Part shown: positions 38,806-49,589 of the stretch, piece after piece
Layout of the letters: the number at the start of each line of letters is the position of its first letter
Numbering within the stretch: the first letter of the stretch is position 1
Assembly: GCA_965372795.1 (NCBI GenBank)
Contig: CBDVDR010000007.1
Coordinates: 32,001-96,000 of the forward strand
DNA length: 64,000 nt
Direction of reading: 5' to 3'
Source: an uncultured bacterium
GTDB lineage: Bacteria; Zixibacteria; MSB-5A5; GN15; FEB-12
Translations under genes and position numbers: made by a program
Notes under the pieces: model-generated
What the model was told of the DNA's origin: nothing
The model's input: the letters and a program-made list of their open reading frames with translations, nothing else
Databases searched by the model: none

Positions 38806-39915
38806 TTGGAACTTAAATTTAAGCAAATAGAAAACTTAGACGATTTTCTACCAATCAAAGAGCAGTGGAACACTTTGGTTAAATCAACTCAATTGGACCA
38901 TGCCTTTTTTAGACATGAATGGTTTTCCTGCTGGATAAAACATATTAAACCAAAAAGCCAGTTAATGATTCAGACTGCCTGGAAGGGCGATCAACTGGTG
39001 GCGGCGGCCCCGATGCATATTATCAAAGAGGTTCGCAAGGGAACCCCGTTGAACCTGCTTAGTTTTCTGGTCTCGGGCATATCCCCCCGTTGTAATTTTA
39101 TAATCCATCCCTCAATAGATGAAAAATTATTTTTTGATTCTTTGTTTAACATAAAAGGGTGGAATGTAATCGAGCTGCAGGCGTTGGAAGAAAGCCAGGA
39201 GACAACCAAAATATTTCTAAAGTATCTGAAAAACAAAAGCAAACCATTCTATATCGAAGAGGGACTTCAGTCTCCTTATGATAATTTTGAGACAGACTGG
39301 GATGCTTATTTAGAAAATCGCTCAAGGAAATTTAAATATAATTACAAAAGTTCATTAAAAAGAATGAACAAAGCCAAGTCCTATCATATTTTATCAATCG
39401 ATACCTATGATGAATTTGAGAAATATTTTGATAAGCTGATTGAGATTTCCGGAAAAAGCTGGAAGAGTAAATTCAAGACTGATTTATACAATGTTCCAGC
39501 GTTAGCAAAATTTTATCTTGAGTTCAGCCGAATCGGTTCAGCCGACAAGCTGTTTGGAATGATATTATTATTTATCAATGATGAGCCGGTTGCCTTTGAT
39601 TATTTTTTGAAAAATCGTAATCGGAAAGTCGGGCTGCGCTGTGATCATGATGAAAATTTTAAGTATTATATGCCGGGAATTTTCATTCATAATCACAATA
39701 TTAAATCAATGTTTGACGATGAAGACGCCTGGGAGTTTGATTGCTCGGGGATGAAATCTGATTTTAAACTTGAGATGGTTGATAAAATCAGAAAGCATAT
39801 TGATATTACGGTTGGTTCGGCCAGTCTTTACAGTAAATTTTTGATGCTGTGTAAAAGGATGTTAATGATAAAGTCTGGGGCGATGCCTTTTCATTTAAGT
39901 TACAAAGTAAAATAG
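38806..39915 (+). CDS. GNAT acetyltransferase, CelD/BcsL-like
   Basis: W..L......F..HEW...W, LVAAAP, SWK, Y.PG; paralog of 40982-42052. Confidence 0.8.
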   Translation: MELKFKQIENLDDFLPIKEQWNTLVKSTQLDHAFFRHEWFSCWIKHIKPKSQLMIQTAWKGDQLVAAAPMHIIKEVRKGTPLNLLSFLVSGISPRCNFIIHPSIDEKLFFDSLFNIKGWNVIELQALEESQETTKIFLKYLKNKSKPFYIEEGLQSPYDNFETDWDAYLENRSRKFKYNYKSSLKRMNKAKSYHILSIDTYDEFEKYFDKLIEISGKSWKSKFKTDLYNVPALAKFYLEFSRIGSADKLFGMILLFINDEPVAFDYFLKNRNRKVGLRCDHDENFKYYMPGIFIHNHNIKSMFDDEDAWEFDCSGMKSDFKLEMVDKIRKHIDITVGSASLYSKFLMLCKRMLMIKSGAMPFHLSYKVK

Positions 39916-39916
39916 T

Positions 39917-40975
39917 TTAATTCTTTAACATCTCTCTGATGGCGAATTTAATAATTCGTATCGAAGCTTCTGCTTTAGAATCTCCATAGATATTAAATCG
40001 TTTTAATTTGAACAAATCTAAACCTGAAGTTGAACTTTTTATAATTCCCGATTGAGTTGTAAACCCCACTTTATACCCAGCCTCTGATGAAGCACGGGCA
40101 ACCCGATCATCAAATGAACCCGCCGGATAGCAGATAGACAAAACATTTTTTAATAATTTAGTTTCAAGCATCTCTTTGGAAATAACTGCTTCACGAGAGA
40201 TTTCTTCATCTGATAATTGCGCCATTTTACGATGGGTTTTTGAATGAGATTCAATATCGATTTTAAATTTCGAGATATGTTTGAGTTCTTCCCAGGTCAT
40301 GCATCTGATCGGCAATTTATATTCCAAGCGGGAAATTGAAACCATTTTTTCAACACAACTATCAAGTTCGGCTTGCATCATTTTATCAAGGGCGTTTACA
40401 AGTTTAGGACAGATTTCAAAACGATTAAAAGTTTCTTCCGTTTGCGCCGATTTTATTATTGTGGCTATGGAATTTGGGAAGGTGCTACTTTCCCGGACAA
40501 TATCCTGCCATCCTTCCCAGGAAATATAATGCATCAAATTTGAAATTTGGAGATGCCAGAATTTTTTGTCGGAATCAACATAATCAGTCGGGACAAAGAT
40601 TGTTGCCGGGCAATTAAATTTCTGAAGGGCAGGTAAAGCGTTTTGGATAAAATCGTAGTCGCCGTCGTCGTAGGTTATCAGGGCAGAATTTTTTGTCAGC
40701 TTTTTTTCATTAGTAACTATTTTAACAAATTCAGCTATTGTAAGAGTTTTGAAATAACTGTCTATTGCCTCAATCTGGTTTTGGTGAACGGTTTTATCCA
40801 AGCCCTGATCATAGGACATAAAATAATCATTTGGGTTGCTGTCGGTTATGCGATGAAATGTAAACACCATGAGCAGTTTTTTTTGGGTTAGTAAATTGAG
40901 CATAAACAGACATAATCTTACCAACCCTGTATAATAAATCAGTTTATTGATACTCTGTTTGATTGATGTTGCCAT
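39917..40975 (-). CDS. Polysaccharide deacetylase (NodB-like)
   Basis: FHRI, ITYDDG, SHSKTH, YPAG. Confidence 0.88.
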   Translation of the reverse strand: MATSIKQSINKLIYYTGLVRLCLFMLNLLTQKKLLMVFTFHRITDSNPNDYFMSYDQGLDKTVHQNQIEAIDSYFKTLTIAEFVKIVTNEKKLTKNSALITYDDGDYDFIQNALPALQKFNCPATIFVPTDYVDSDKKFWHLQISNLMHYISWEGWQDIVRESSTFPNSIATIIKSAQTEETFNRFEICPKLVNALDKMMQAELDSCVEKMVSISRLEYKLPIRCMTWEELKHISKFKIDIESHSKTHRKMAQLSDEEISREAVISKEMLETKLLKNVLSICYPAGSFDDRVARASSEAGYKVGFTTQSGIIKSSTSGLDLFKLKRFNIYGDSKAEASIRIIKFAIREMLKN

Positions 40976-40981
40976 ATTTTC

Positions 40982-42052
40982 TTATTTTGAACGTAATAGC
41001 TTCTGTTTTGCAAAAATCAATAAATTGCCAATAATACCCGGAGAACCAAAAGTAATATCAATATGTTTTCTGATATCGGGCACAAGTTTCGCTTTATGCT
41101 CGGTAATGTGTCCGGTCAAATCATACTCCCATTTTTCGCCACTGTCCATCAGCTCTTTAATAACATGGTTATGAATTACAGTTCCAGGCATATAGAAACT
41201 GAATTCTTCATCATATTCCCATCGCAATCCAGCCAGTCGGTTGTCGTGATTCAAATAGTAACTAAAGGCTGCCATTTTATTATTCACAAAAAGTATATAT
41301 AATACAAAAAGGTTATCCTTTGAGCCTAATCGACTAAAAGTTTTATAAAAATTAGCCATTTCCGGCATTGATTTAAAATCGGTCCCGCCCTTGGCTTTCC
41401 AGCTTTTACCTGAAACTTCGACTAATAATTCATAAAATTCTTCAAAATCCTCAAAATTATCGACTTTGATTATCTCAAAATCACCTGCTTTTTTGAGCCG
41501 ATTGGGATATTTACGATAGTTGTTTTTGAAATTTCGCGATTTTTTTTCTAAATAGGATTCCCAATTGGGGTCCAACATTTCATAGGGCGACTGGATACCA
41601 TTTTCTACGACAACTTTCCTCTTTTTTTTCAGATAATTTACAAATTTTATCGTGAGGGGATTATCAGCCTCAACTGATTTCAACTCGCATATATCCCACC
41701 CTTTAATTTTAAAAATTATATCAAAAAACAGAGTAGGATCATACGATTGATCAATAAGAAAATTACATCGGGGTGAAACACTGGATTTCATAAATGATAG
41801 AATTCTAAGATTAAGTTCTTTTCGAATATCTTTGATAATATGCAATGGCGCCGCCGCTACCAGTTTATCTTTATCCCAACAAGTTGGCACGACCAGACGG
41901 CTGTCGGTCATCAAATTCCGTATCCAGCTTTCGAACCATTCATGCCTCATAAAAGCATGGTCAATCCCGGTTGCTTTTGCGAGATTATTCCATTGAACTT
42001 TCAGGCTGCAAAACTTTTCAAAAGTTGTTATTAGTTCAAATCTCAATTTCAT
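40982..42052 (-). CDS. GNAT acetyltransferase, CelD/BcsL-like
   Basis: Paralog of 38806-39915 (DHAFMRHEWF, SPRCNF, GKSWK). Confidence 0.8.
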   Translation of the reverse strand: MKLRFELITTFEKFCSLKVQWNNLAKATGIDHAFMRHEWFESWIRNLMTDSRLVVPTCWDKDKLVAAAPLHIIKDIRKELNLRILSFMKSSVSPRCNFLIDQSYDPTLFFDIIFKIKGWDICELKSVEADNPLTIKFVNYLKKKRKVVVENGIQSPYEMLDPNWESYLEKKSRNFKNNYRKYPNRLKKAGDFEIIKVDNFEDFEEFYELLVEVSGKSWKAKGGTDFKSMPEMANFYKTFSRLGSKDNLFVLYILFVNNKMAAFSYYLNHDNRLAGLRWEYDEEFSFYMPGTVIHNHVIKELMDSGEKWEYDLTGHITEHKAKLVPDIRKHIDITFGSPGIIGNLLIFAKQKLLRSK

Positions 42053-42147
42053 ACGTTTATAAAATCATCAATTCCTAAGCATAATGCTACAATTGTTCAA
42101 ATTTAGTGTCTAATTTAAATATCGGTTTTTATGAGTAAAAATTTAAA

Positions 42148-42864
42148 CTAATTCCAGTATAATCCTTCAGGCGGAGTTTTGATAAAGATATGCAATTTTC
42201 TGGTTGGGTGCGGCCAGTATTGATAATAAGTAATTTTGATGCCAAAAAGTGACAGATGGTATGATTCGCCAACTAACTTGAAATTCATTCTTTTATGCAC
42301 CATTATTGAATATTTATTTAAGGAATTGACTGCTGCATAGACTACATTTTTATTTATATTTTTAAATGATTGATTTAACTTATTAATGGCAACCGGGAAA
42401 AGTCCTTTAAGGCGAACAGATTTATCAGAAGCTCCTCCATAAAAAATGACTCCTTTATCCCCCGGGTCTAATATAGAACCGCCTAATTTTAAATACCTCT
42501 TTCCAGGTGAGCCCCAAATTTGTGTAAGGATTTTGTCATCCTGACCTAATATGTAACATCGATCGCCATTGTCTAACCGTTCTTTAAGCAGATTTTTGCT
42601 AATACCTGTTTTGAGGAAGAGATTACCATCATCTATTGTTGCAAATCTTTGGAAATATCCATTCAATTCTCGGGTTCTAACTTTAGGCTGGTCCGTTCTT
42701 AACAACACGGCATGCATATAATTAAAGAACCTATCATTTGACCGCCACGAAATGGCATAAAATAGTTCATCAATGTTTAATTTAAACAAGTGATTAAATA
42801 AATTTCCAATTGATTTAAATTTATTATTCATACTATTTAATAATTCATAAGAGAAATGTTTCAA
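42148..42864 (-). CDS. GNAT-like protein
   Basis: Tandem paralog of 42916-43587; R.KGL, N..S...H. Confidence 0.6.
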   Translation of the reverse strand: MKHFSYELLNSMNNKFKSIGNLFNHLFKLNIDELFYAISWRSNDRFFNYMHAVLLRTDQPKVRTRELNGYFQRFATIDDGNLFLKTGISKNLLKERLDNGDRCYILGQDDKILTQIWGSPGKRYLKLGGSILDPGDKGVIFYGGASDKSVRLKGLFPVAINKLNQSFKNINKNVVYAAVNSLNKYSIMVHKRMNFKLVGESYHLSLFGIKITYYQYWPHPTRKLHIFIKTPPEGLYWN

Positions 42865-42915
42865 TAAATCTGAATAACCGTCTATAATTTCATCGGTTAA
42901 AAAAAATATTAATAA

Positions 42916-43587
42916 TTAATTCCAGTACAATCCTTTGGGAGGGGTTTTAATAAATATATGTAATTTTCTGGTTGGGTACGGCCAATGATGATAATAGGTA
43001 AATTTTATACCAAATAGTGCCAGATGGTATGTTTCGCCCACTATTTTAAAATTTTTGCGGGCATGAATTTCTCTCGAGTTCTGGTTCATAACTAAAATAG
43101 CACCATAGAACTCAGTTACTCCGTCTCTTTCAAAAGCTGCGTATAATTCCTTACATGCAACTCGGTAGAGACCTTTATTCCTCATCGAAACATCGGTAAA
43201 GGCACCATAAAGAATACAGCCATTTTCCCCCGGATCTATAATTGTTCCACCATATCGGGCATATCGTTTACCAGGCGATCCCCAGAACATACAAAGAACC
43301 TTTTCATCTTTTCCAATAATAAAGCATTTATCATTATGTTCAAGACGCTCTTTAAGGAGTTGTTTGTCTACTCCGGCCTTTTCCAAAAGATCAGCATCTT
43401 CAAAGGTAGCAAATCTTTGAAAGAAATCCGGCAGTTCGGCTGATTGTAGAATTGGGGATATGTTTTTTGCCAACAAAGTATGAACATAAACAAAAAGCCA
43501 ATTTGGTAAACGCCAATTAATAGCATTCAAAACATAGTCATAGTTTAGCTTAAATAGTTCTTTTATGAAGAGTTTTGCTTGTGCCAT
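42916..43587 (-). CDS. GNAT-like protein
   Basis: YGAFT...RNKGLY, NQNS...H; C-terminus nearly identical to its neighbour's. Confidence 0.65.
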   Translation of the reverse strand: MAQAKLFIKELFKLNYDYVLNAINWRLPNWLFVYVHTLLAKNISPILQSAELPDFFQRFATFEDADLLEKAGVDKQLLKERLEHNDKCFIIGKDEKVLCMFWGSPGKRYARYGGTIIDPGENGCILYGAFTDVSMRNKGLYRVACKELYAAFERDGVTEFYGAILVMNQNSREIHARKNFKIVGETYHLALFGIKFTYYHHWPYPTRKLHIFIKTPPKGLYWN

Positions 43588-43780
43588 TTATGTCCTCGTT
43601 AGGATTTCGATTTCGAAAATTCAGTTTATATCATTATAATCGACATATTTCTGTCAGTTATTTAGTTTATTATATTGGATTGTCTATGTCCATAGCTTTT
43701 ACGCTTTTATAATGGTTTTCGTTATTATTTTAAGTTAATTTTGGGTAGAAATACAGATTTAAAATTGGTTAATTGTAATG

Positions 43781-43861
43781 GAGCAGACAGAGACGTCTGC
43801 GCCCACAATGTTAAAAACAGATAAATCAAACAAGGCTGGAACAGGCATGCCTGTTCCCTAC
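43781..43861 (-). repeat. Two REP-like palindromes (GTGG/GTAG heads)
   Basis: GCAGAC-AGAGAC-GTCTGC..CCAC and a perfect 20-bp GGAACAGGCATGCCTGTTCC followed by CTAC. Confidence 0.6.
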
Positions 43862-44161
43862 TAATAATAATCGCATTAGTTTTGATTGCAAAGTATATAT
43901 ATGTGTGCTGTGGAGTCCTTATTTGCAGCTGTAAATTGTGGACCGACAGCTAACAATTAAAGAAAACATAAATTGTATTATTTGTCTTGAATTGGTTTCG
44001 CTTTGTCCGCAGCACTATATTGATGGTTAATAAAATCTATCTTTTTTATTGACTAAATAATTAAATTTTCTATTTCTTAATATCAACAAGACTTAATTTG
44101 TAAACTTACTAATTTTAAAAATTGAGTAAATATTAATTGTTATCAAACTCACGAGGGTAAA

Positions 44162-44866
44162 ATGAAAAATTATAAAAAATATTTAGCTTTTACAATTATC
44201 TGTCTAATTGCTTTTGGGTGCGGACAAGAAAAAAAAGATAAATTTCATTACAAAACTATCACCGAGGTCGACAGTCTTCATGTAACAACTACTTATGCCA
44301 ATGATTTTGTAAATGTTCTCAAAATTGAGTTGCATGAAAAAGAACAGATTCCGGCTCACAGCAGTAAAGCCAGGTTAATCTATTCGATGAGTGATTATTC
44401 TACTATGCTTATAATGGGTGCAGACAGTCTGGCAAAAGAGTGGCAAACCGGCGATGTGCATTGGCATGATGATGCCCCACACGCAATAGACAATATCGGT
44501 ACTACAACTGCAAAGTTTTTAGCTATCTCCAGAACCGATATGGAACTCCCCGGAATTGATACTACAAAACAAATAGATGACTTATCCAAAATTAATTCAG
44601 AGGCGGCTCAAATACTTTTTGGAAATGATATCCTGGAAGTTGTACGTGTAAATCTTTCAGCCGGTGATGAAATAATTTCCCATTATGGCATCAACCGCCT
44701 GTTTTATTCAGAGTCCGATCTTCATTTAGAACTCACCGGAGAATCTGATCTGGTTGTCGAATTGACCTTGCAAAAGGGAGAAATTCGCTGGTTTTTACCA
44801 AGCAGCCAAGCCTTAAAAAATATGAGTGAGAATTCGGCTCAATTTCTGATTATATCTTTTAAGTAA
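44162..44866 (+). CDS. Lipoprotein with tandem cupin-like domains
   Basis: Lipobox AFGC; H....RLIY...GDVHW....H...N.G motif repeated. Confidence 0.65.
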   Translation: MKNYKKYLAFTIICLIAFGCGQEKKDKFHYKTITEVDSLHVTTTYANDFVNVLKIELHEKEQIPAHSSKARLIYSMSDYSTMLIMGADSLAKEWQTGDVHWHDDAPHAIDNIGTTTAKFLAISRTDMELPGIDTTKQIDDLSKINSEAAQILFGNDILEVVRVNLSAGDEIISHYGINRLFYSESDLHLELTGESDLVVELTLQKGEIRWFLPSSQALKNMSENSAQFLIISFK

Positions 44867-44879
44867 AGAAGATCAAGAT

Positions 44880-44909
44880 GGCAGATCTCAGTCAGTGAGA
44901 CCTGCCGAC
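44880..44909 (-). repeat. REP-like palindrome between convergent genes
   Basis: GGCAGATCTCA-GTCAG-TGAGACCTGCC followed by GAC. Confidence 0.5.
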
Positions 44910-44959
44910 GGTATATTTCGTTAGACAGTTTGTATAGTTGAACCAGTACCCATCGAAAC

Positions 44960-46444
44960 TTATTTATTATCTAATGTCTTTATAATAAGATTTGAAATTT
45001 TATGTAAAATCAACATCGCGGCACCATCATAATTTGCCATAACTGCTACGGTGTAACCGCAATCCATAAACATATCCAAAACAGCATTGATTCCCGGCGC
45101 CCCGCCGTTATGCCCGATAATTCTTTGACCATTATTTATTTCATCGCCAAATAGATAAGCATATTTCATGTCGGGACCCATTTCAACTTTACCAGTGGTT
45201 ACAGCATCAAAATATTTTTTATCAAGCAGGGTGTAATTTCTTAAGGCAATATCAAATTTAAGCAAGTCCTCAACCGTTGAGTATCCCCCGCCCGCAGGGC
45301 CGCCTTTGGATGCATGCATAAAAAGATTGTTCATCCAATAATCGGTTGGCTCGCCATTGTAGTCTCTTTTTGTATATCCGATAGCGAGGTTTTCAACCGG
45401 TCGGTCAACTTCGTAACAGTCGGTGTTTATCATCCCGGCTGGTTTTGCTATATTCTGGCGTATATATTCATCGTAGGACATACCTGAAATTTTTTCGATA
45501 ATCAGTCCGAGAATAATCGGTCCGCAGTTGCTGTATGAGAATCTTTCACCCGGTTCAAAATCTAAGGGGTTTTCAGCAGTCAGATCGGCAAGTTGCTGAA
45601 CAGTTTTGATTTCCCACCATTTAGCATTAAAAAGCGGGTCCCAATAATCGCCGGTTCCTGAAGTATGGGTCAGCAGGTGATGAATTGTAACTTTATTTTT
45701 CACATCTTCGTTCGGGTAGTCAGGAAGGTGCTGTCCGACAAAATCATCAAAAGATAGTTTACCATTTTGCACCAGCTGTCCAATAGCCACCCCGGTGAAC
45801 ATTTTGTTCATTGAGCCAAGATTAAATTTTGTATCGAGTTTGTTTGGAACCGAATATCTTTTGCAGGCTTCTCCATCGACCCGGGTATATAACGGTATTC
45901 CATCTTTGGCAACCATCACAGCCCCTGAGAATTTGTCTTTGGCAACCAACCCATCGATAAATTCATCGAGATAAGTTTTCATTTTCTCAGCAGTCAGTTT
46001 TCCTTCGGGGAAAACTTCGTTCGGATCATCCGCCGGTCTTAAATCGAAAGCCGCCCATCCATGCGGTGGCAGCGTGTCAAACATCATTCCCAGCCAGGCA
46101 AATTCAATCCCACCGCTCGGATTGATTCCTTTGGTTAAAACTTCAATTTGATATTCTTTGTTTTCTGTAATATTTAAAAGCTCAATACCACCGAGGTCTT
46201 CAAATACAAATTGAAATAGTCCTAACCTGCGTTCAAGTACGTTCGCGCTGTCAACTGCTTTGGGATCCTCAAGGATATAATTTTTCCAGTTTTCCTCGAT
46301 CCCGGAGTTTAGGGCCGTAGTGAATTTTTTAAGATGTTTACCGGCATGAGTTTCCGGATAATCAAAATTTTCGTTTACAGCATTAGACGTCGAAAAAGTA
46401 AGTAATGCGATTGTCAGTGTGAAGAACAGATAACGATATTTCAT
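44960..46444 (-). CDS. Serine hydrolase, beta-lactamase class C/PBP-like
   Basis: SMNK, LLTHTSG, YSN, GHNG motifs; signal peptide. Confidence 0.9.
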   Translation of the reverse strand: MKYRYLFFTLTIALLTFSTSNAVNENFDYPETHAGKHLKKFTTALNSGIEENWKNYILEDPKAVDSANVLERRLGLFQFVFEDLGGIELLNITENKEYQIEVLTKGINPSGGIEFAWLGMMFDTLPPHGWAAFDLRPADDPNEVFPEGKLTAEKMKTYLDEFIDGLVAKDKFSGAVMVAKDGIPLYTRVDGEACKRYSVPNKLDTKFNLGSMNKMFTGVAIGQLVQNGKLSFDDFVGQHLPDYPNEDVKNKVTIHHLLTHTSGTGDYWDPLFNAKWWEIKTVQQLADLTAENPLDFEPGERFSYSNCGPIILGLIIEKISGMSYDEYIRQNIAKPAGMINTDCYEVDRPVENLAIGYTKRDYNGEPTDYWMNNLFMHASKGGPAGGGYSTVEDLLKFDIALRNYTLLDKKYFDAVTTGKVEMGPDMKYAYLFGDEINNGQRIIGHNGGAPGINAVLDMFMDCGYTVAVMANYDGAAMLILHKISNLIIKTLDNK

Positions 46445-46607
46445 ATAATCCTCCATCAATATTTAAAGCTTATTTAATCTAAGACAACATAACTGGCAAA
46501 TAGCAACATTTTATTTGAGGATTGCGTCTAATCACATCCTTGACAACAAAGGATACTTTCTATATCCTGAATTAGAATAAGTTGTCGATATTTTATGAGA
46601 GGAAACC

Positions 46608-48767
46608 ATGAACTACACATCTCAAAAAAAAATTGCGTCAATCTTCACATTTGTTCTTTTATTCATCATAATCCCGAATGTTATTTGTTCACAAAATCTT
46701 CCCCCTGAGACAAAAAAACAGACTGTTTCGGATGAATATCATGATGTGACCGTTTCTGAAGATTATCGCTGGCTTGAAGACTTTACATCTAGCGAAGTCA
46801 AAGAGTGGAATAAATCACAAAATGGATATACCCGTGACCATCTGGATAATCTTCCGGCACGTAATTTAATTAAAAAACAGCTACAAGAGTTACTCGGGGG
46901 TTCTTCAACCGATTATTATAGTATAAAACTTGTCAACGGCACAATTTTCGCATTGAAATTTCAACCACCTAAAGAACAGCCTTTGTTTATAACACTTGAG
47001 TCGCTTGATGATCCTTCGACTGAAAAAATAATTCTCGATGTGACCGAGCTTGATAGTGAAGCGACAACTTCAATAGATTTTTATGTACCTTCAACGGATG
47101 GAAAATTGGTTGCGATTTCTCTTTCTAAAAAAGGAAGTGAGATTGGAGATATTTATATATTAGATTTGGCTACCGGTGAAATGCTTGAGGATGTTGTACC
47201 GCGAGTCAATGGTCCAACCGCCGGCGGTGACGTTGCCTGGGTGGCTGATAATTCCGGTTTCTATTATACTCGTTACCCCCGTGAAGGTGAACGCCCTCAA
47301 GAGGATCTTCAATTTTATCAGCAGGTTTACTATCATCAGCTTGGCACAAGTACTACCGAAGACAAATATGCTATCGGGGAAGAATTTCCATATATAGCCG
47401 AAATAGTCTTAGAAGAATCAGACGATGCTAAATCATTTATTGCCACGGTTGCTAACGGTGACGGTGGTGAATATGCCCATTATCTTTTGAATCAAACCGG
47501 TGAATGGCATAAGATTGCTGATTTTGAAGATTTGAGTCCGGTGGCAACATTTGGAAGTGACAATTCAATTTTCCTGTTATCACGTTTCAATGCCCCAATG
47601 GGTAAAATACTTAAACTCGCACCGGAAGAAATAGATATTACAAAAGCGATAGTAGTTGTCCCGGAGTCTGATGTTACTATCAAGTATTTTCAACCGGTTG
47701 ATAAATATCTTTATATATCAGATTTAGACGGTGGACCTTCAAAGTTGCGTCTGGTTGATATTACAACTTTTGAACAAAAAGAAATACCCGTTAAAGAAAT
47801 ATGTTCTGTCAGAAATTTAATCGCTTTGGATAATAATGAACTTCTTTTCAGGTGTGGAAGTTACACTGAACCATCAGCATGGATGCGTTTCAATCCTGAA
47901 AAATGGAAAATATCGCTGACTGGATTATATATGACATCACCAGCTGATTTTTCTGATATTGAAGTGACCCGTGAGTTTGCAACTTCTAAAGATGGCACCA
48001 AAGTCCCACTCAATATTATCAGGCGAAAAGGGACTGAACTTAACGGTGAGAATCCAACTATTCTTTATGGATATGGAGGATATGGAATTAGTCTCATGCC
48101 ATATTTTGATCCTGCAATGCGACTTTGGTTTGATCAGGGAGGGATTTATGTCATTGCCAATATTCGCGGAGGCGGTGAGTATGGCGAAGAATGGCATCTT
48201 CAGGGTAATTTAACCAAAAAACAAAATGTGTTTGATGATTTTGCGGCAGGTGCTGAATACCTTATTGAACAAAAATATACCAATCCCAAAAAACTTGCCA
48301 TCAAAGGCGGCAGTAACGGCGGGTTGCTGATGGGAGCGGCTTTTACTCAGCGTCCGGAACTGTTTGGATGTGTAGTATCCTATGTTGGTATTTATGATAT
48401 GTTGCGAGTTGAGCTTGATCCGAATGGGGTATTTAATATAACAGAATTTGGAACGGTTAAAATTCCGGAACATTTTGAGGCTCTGTATGCTTATTCACCA
48501 TATCATAATGTAAAAGACAATACGTCTTATCCGGGAATTATATTTTTAACCGGCGATCATGATGGCAGAGTTAACCCAGGTCAGTCGCGTAAAATGACAG
48601 CCCGGATGCAAACAGCTACAAATTCTGGTAAACCGATATTCCTGAGAACATCTGCAAAAAGCGGACATGGCGGCGGGACAGCTTTGAGTGAAAAGATTGA
48701 ACGGGAAACTGATGTGTTTTCTTTTATAGTTGATCAATTGGGAATAAATTTCAAATATGATAAGTAA
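46608..48767 (+). CDS. Prolyl oligopeptidase (S9A), exported
   Basis: DYRWLED, RGGGEYG, GGSNGG, DHDGRV, GHG. Confidence 0.93.
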   Translation: MNYTSQKKIASIFTFVLLFIIIPNVICSQNLPPETKKQTVSDEYHDVTVSEDYRWLEDFTSSEVKEWNKSQNGYTRDHLDNLPARNLIKKQLQELLGGSSTDYYSIKLVNGTIFALKFQPPKEQPLFITLESLDDPSTEKIILDVTELDSEATTSIDFYVPSTDGKLVAISLSKKGSEIGDIYILDLATGEMLEDVVPRVNGPTAGGDVAWVADNSGFYYTRYPREGERPQEDLQFYQQVYYHQLGTSTTEDKYAIGEEFPYIAEIVLEESDDAKSFIATVANGDGGEYAHYLLNQTGEWHKIADFEDLSPVATFGSDNSIFLLSRFNAPMGKILKLAPEEIDITKAIVVVPESDVTIKYFQPVDKYLYISDLDGGPSKLRLVDITTFEQKEIPVKEICSVRNLIALDNNELLFRCGSYTEPSAWMRFNPEKWKISLTGLYMTSPADFSDIEVTREFATSKDGTKVPLNIIRRKGTELNGENPTILYGYGGYGISLMPYFDPAMRLWFDQGGIYVIANIRGGGEYGEEWHLQGNLTKKQNVFDDFAAGAEYLIEQKYTNPKKLAIKGGSNGGLLMGAAFTQRPELFGCVVSYVGIYDMLRVELDPNGVFNITEFGTVKIPEHFEALYAYSPYHNVKDNTSYPGIIFLTGDHDGRVNPGQSRKMTARMQTATNSGKPIFLRTSAKSGHGGGTALSEKIERETDVFSFIVDQLGINFKYDK

Positions 48768-49013
48768 AATAAATCTACTTATCAATGTGTAAAATTGTCT
48801 GGCAGTTATTCATTGTGACTTTTTATAGTTCCACCTATAAATGGAATACATAAATATGTGGAACTTCTTTTTCTCTTTAACGTAAACTAATTATCTCGTT
48901 GTAAAATAACGAGTTATGCTTTATGTTTTCGTCTTACAGAAGATAATTAAATGTTAATAATAAAAATTATAGCTAAAATGTTGCTTTTTATTGATTGAGG
49001 TGTCTTAGCAGTG

Positions 49014-49589
49014 ATGGAAAGAAATAGGAACCTATTTTGGGAGCTCGTTGAGGGCGAACATCTAAAAGCCAGAGGATTCTGTCGAAAGCTAATTGGCAAT
49101 CGACAGGATGGTGATGACCTGTATCAGGACTCTCTGGTGACTGCTCTTTCAAAATTTGATAGTCTACGGGAGATAAATTCTTTTCGACCGTGGTTTTACC
49201 GGATTATTGTAAATCATTTTAAAAACACAATCCGCAGACCCTGGTGGACAAAAATTACTCCTATGACAAAGGAAATTTCGGAAAGTCTTGGCGGTAAAGA
49301 CCCGTTTGATGCTTATTCTGCCCGACAGCGCCTTGAAGTTGCTTTCAAAGTCCTTAAACCGGAAGATCAAACTCTGGTAACTTTGTTCGAACTTGAAGGC
49401 TGGTCAATAGCCGAACTTGCAGAGAGCTACGATAAAAATATCGGAGTGATCAAAATGCGACTTTCCCGTTCCAGAGCGAAGATGCGTAATGCTCTAATGA
49501 AAGCTTCTCCATCGACGAAAAAGGAAGCCGTTAAAATTTTTAAAACTGAGGACCGAATATGCGTTGCTACCAAGCCAGGCAAGAACTGA
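49014..49589 (+). CDS. ECF RNA polymerase sigma factor
   Basis: DDLYQD, FRPWFYRI, region 4 (EGWSIAELA...VIKMRLSRSR). Confidence 0.9.
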   Translation: MERNRNLFWELVEGEHLKARGFCRKLIGNRQDGDDLYQDSLVTALSKFDSLREINSFRPWFYRIIVNHFKNTIRRPWWTKITPMTKEISESLGGKDPFDAYSARQRLEVAFKVLKPEDQTLVTLFELEGWSIAELAESYDKNIGVIKMRLSRSRAKMRNALMKASPSTKKEAVKIFKTEDRICVATKPGKN

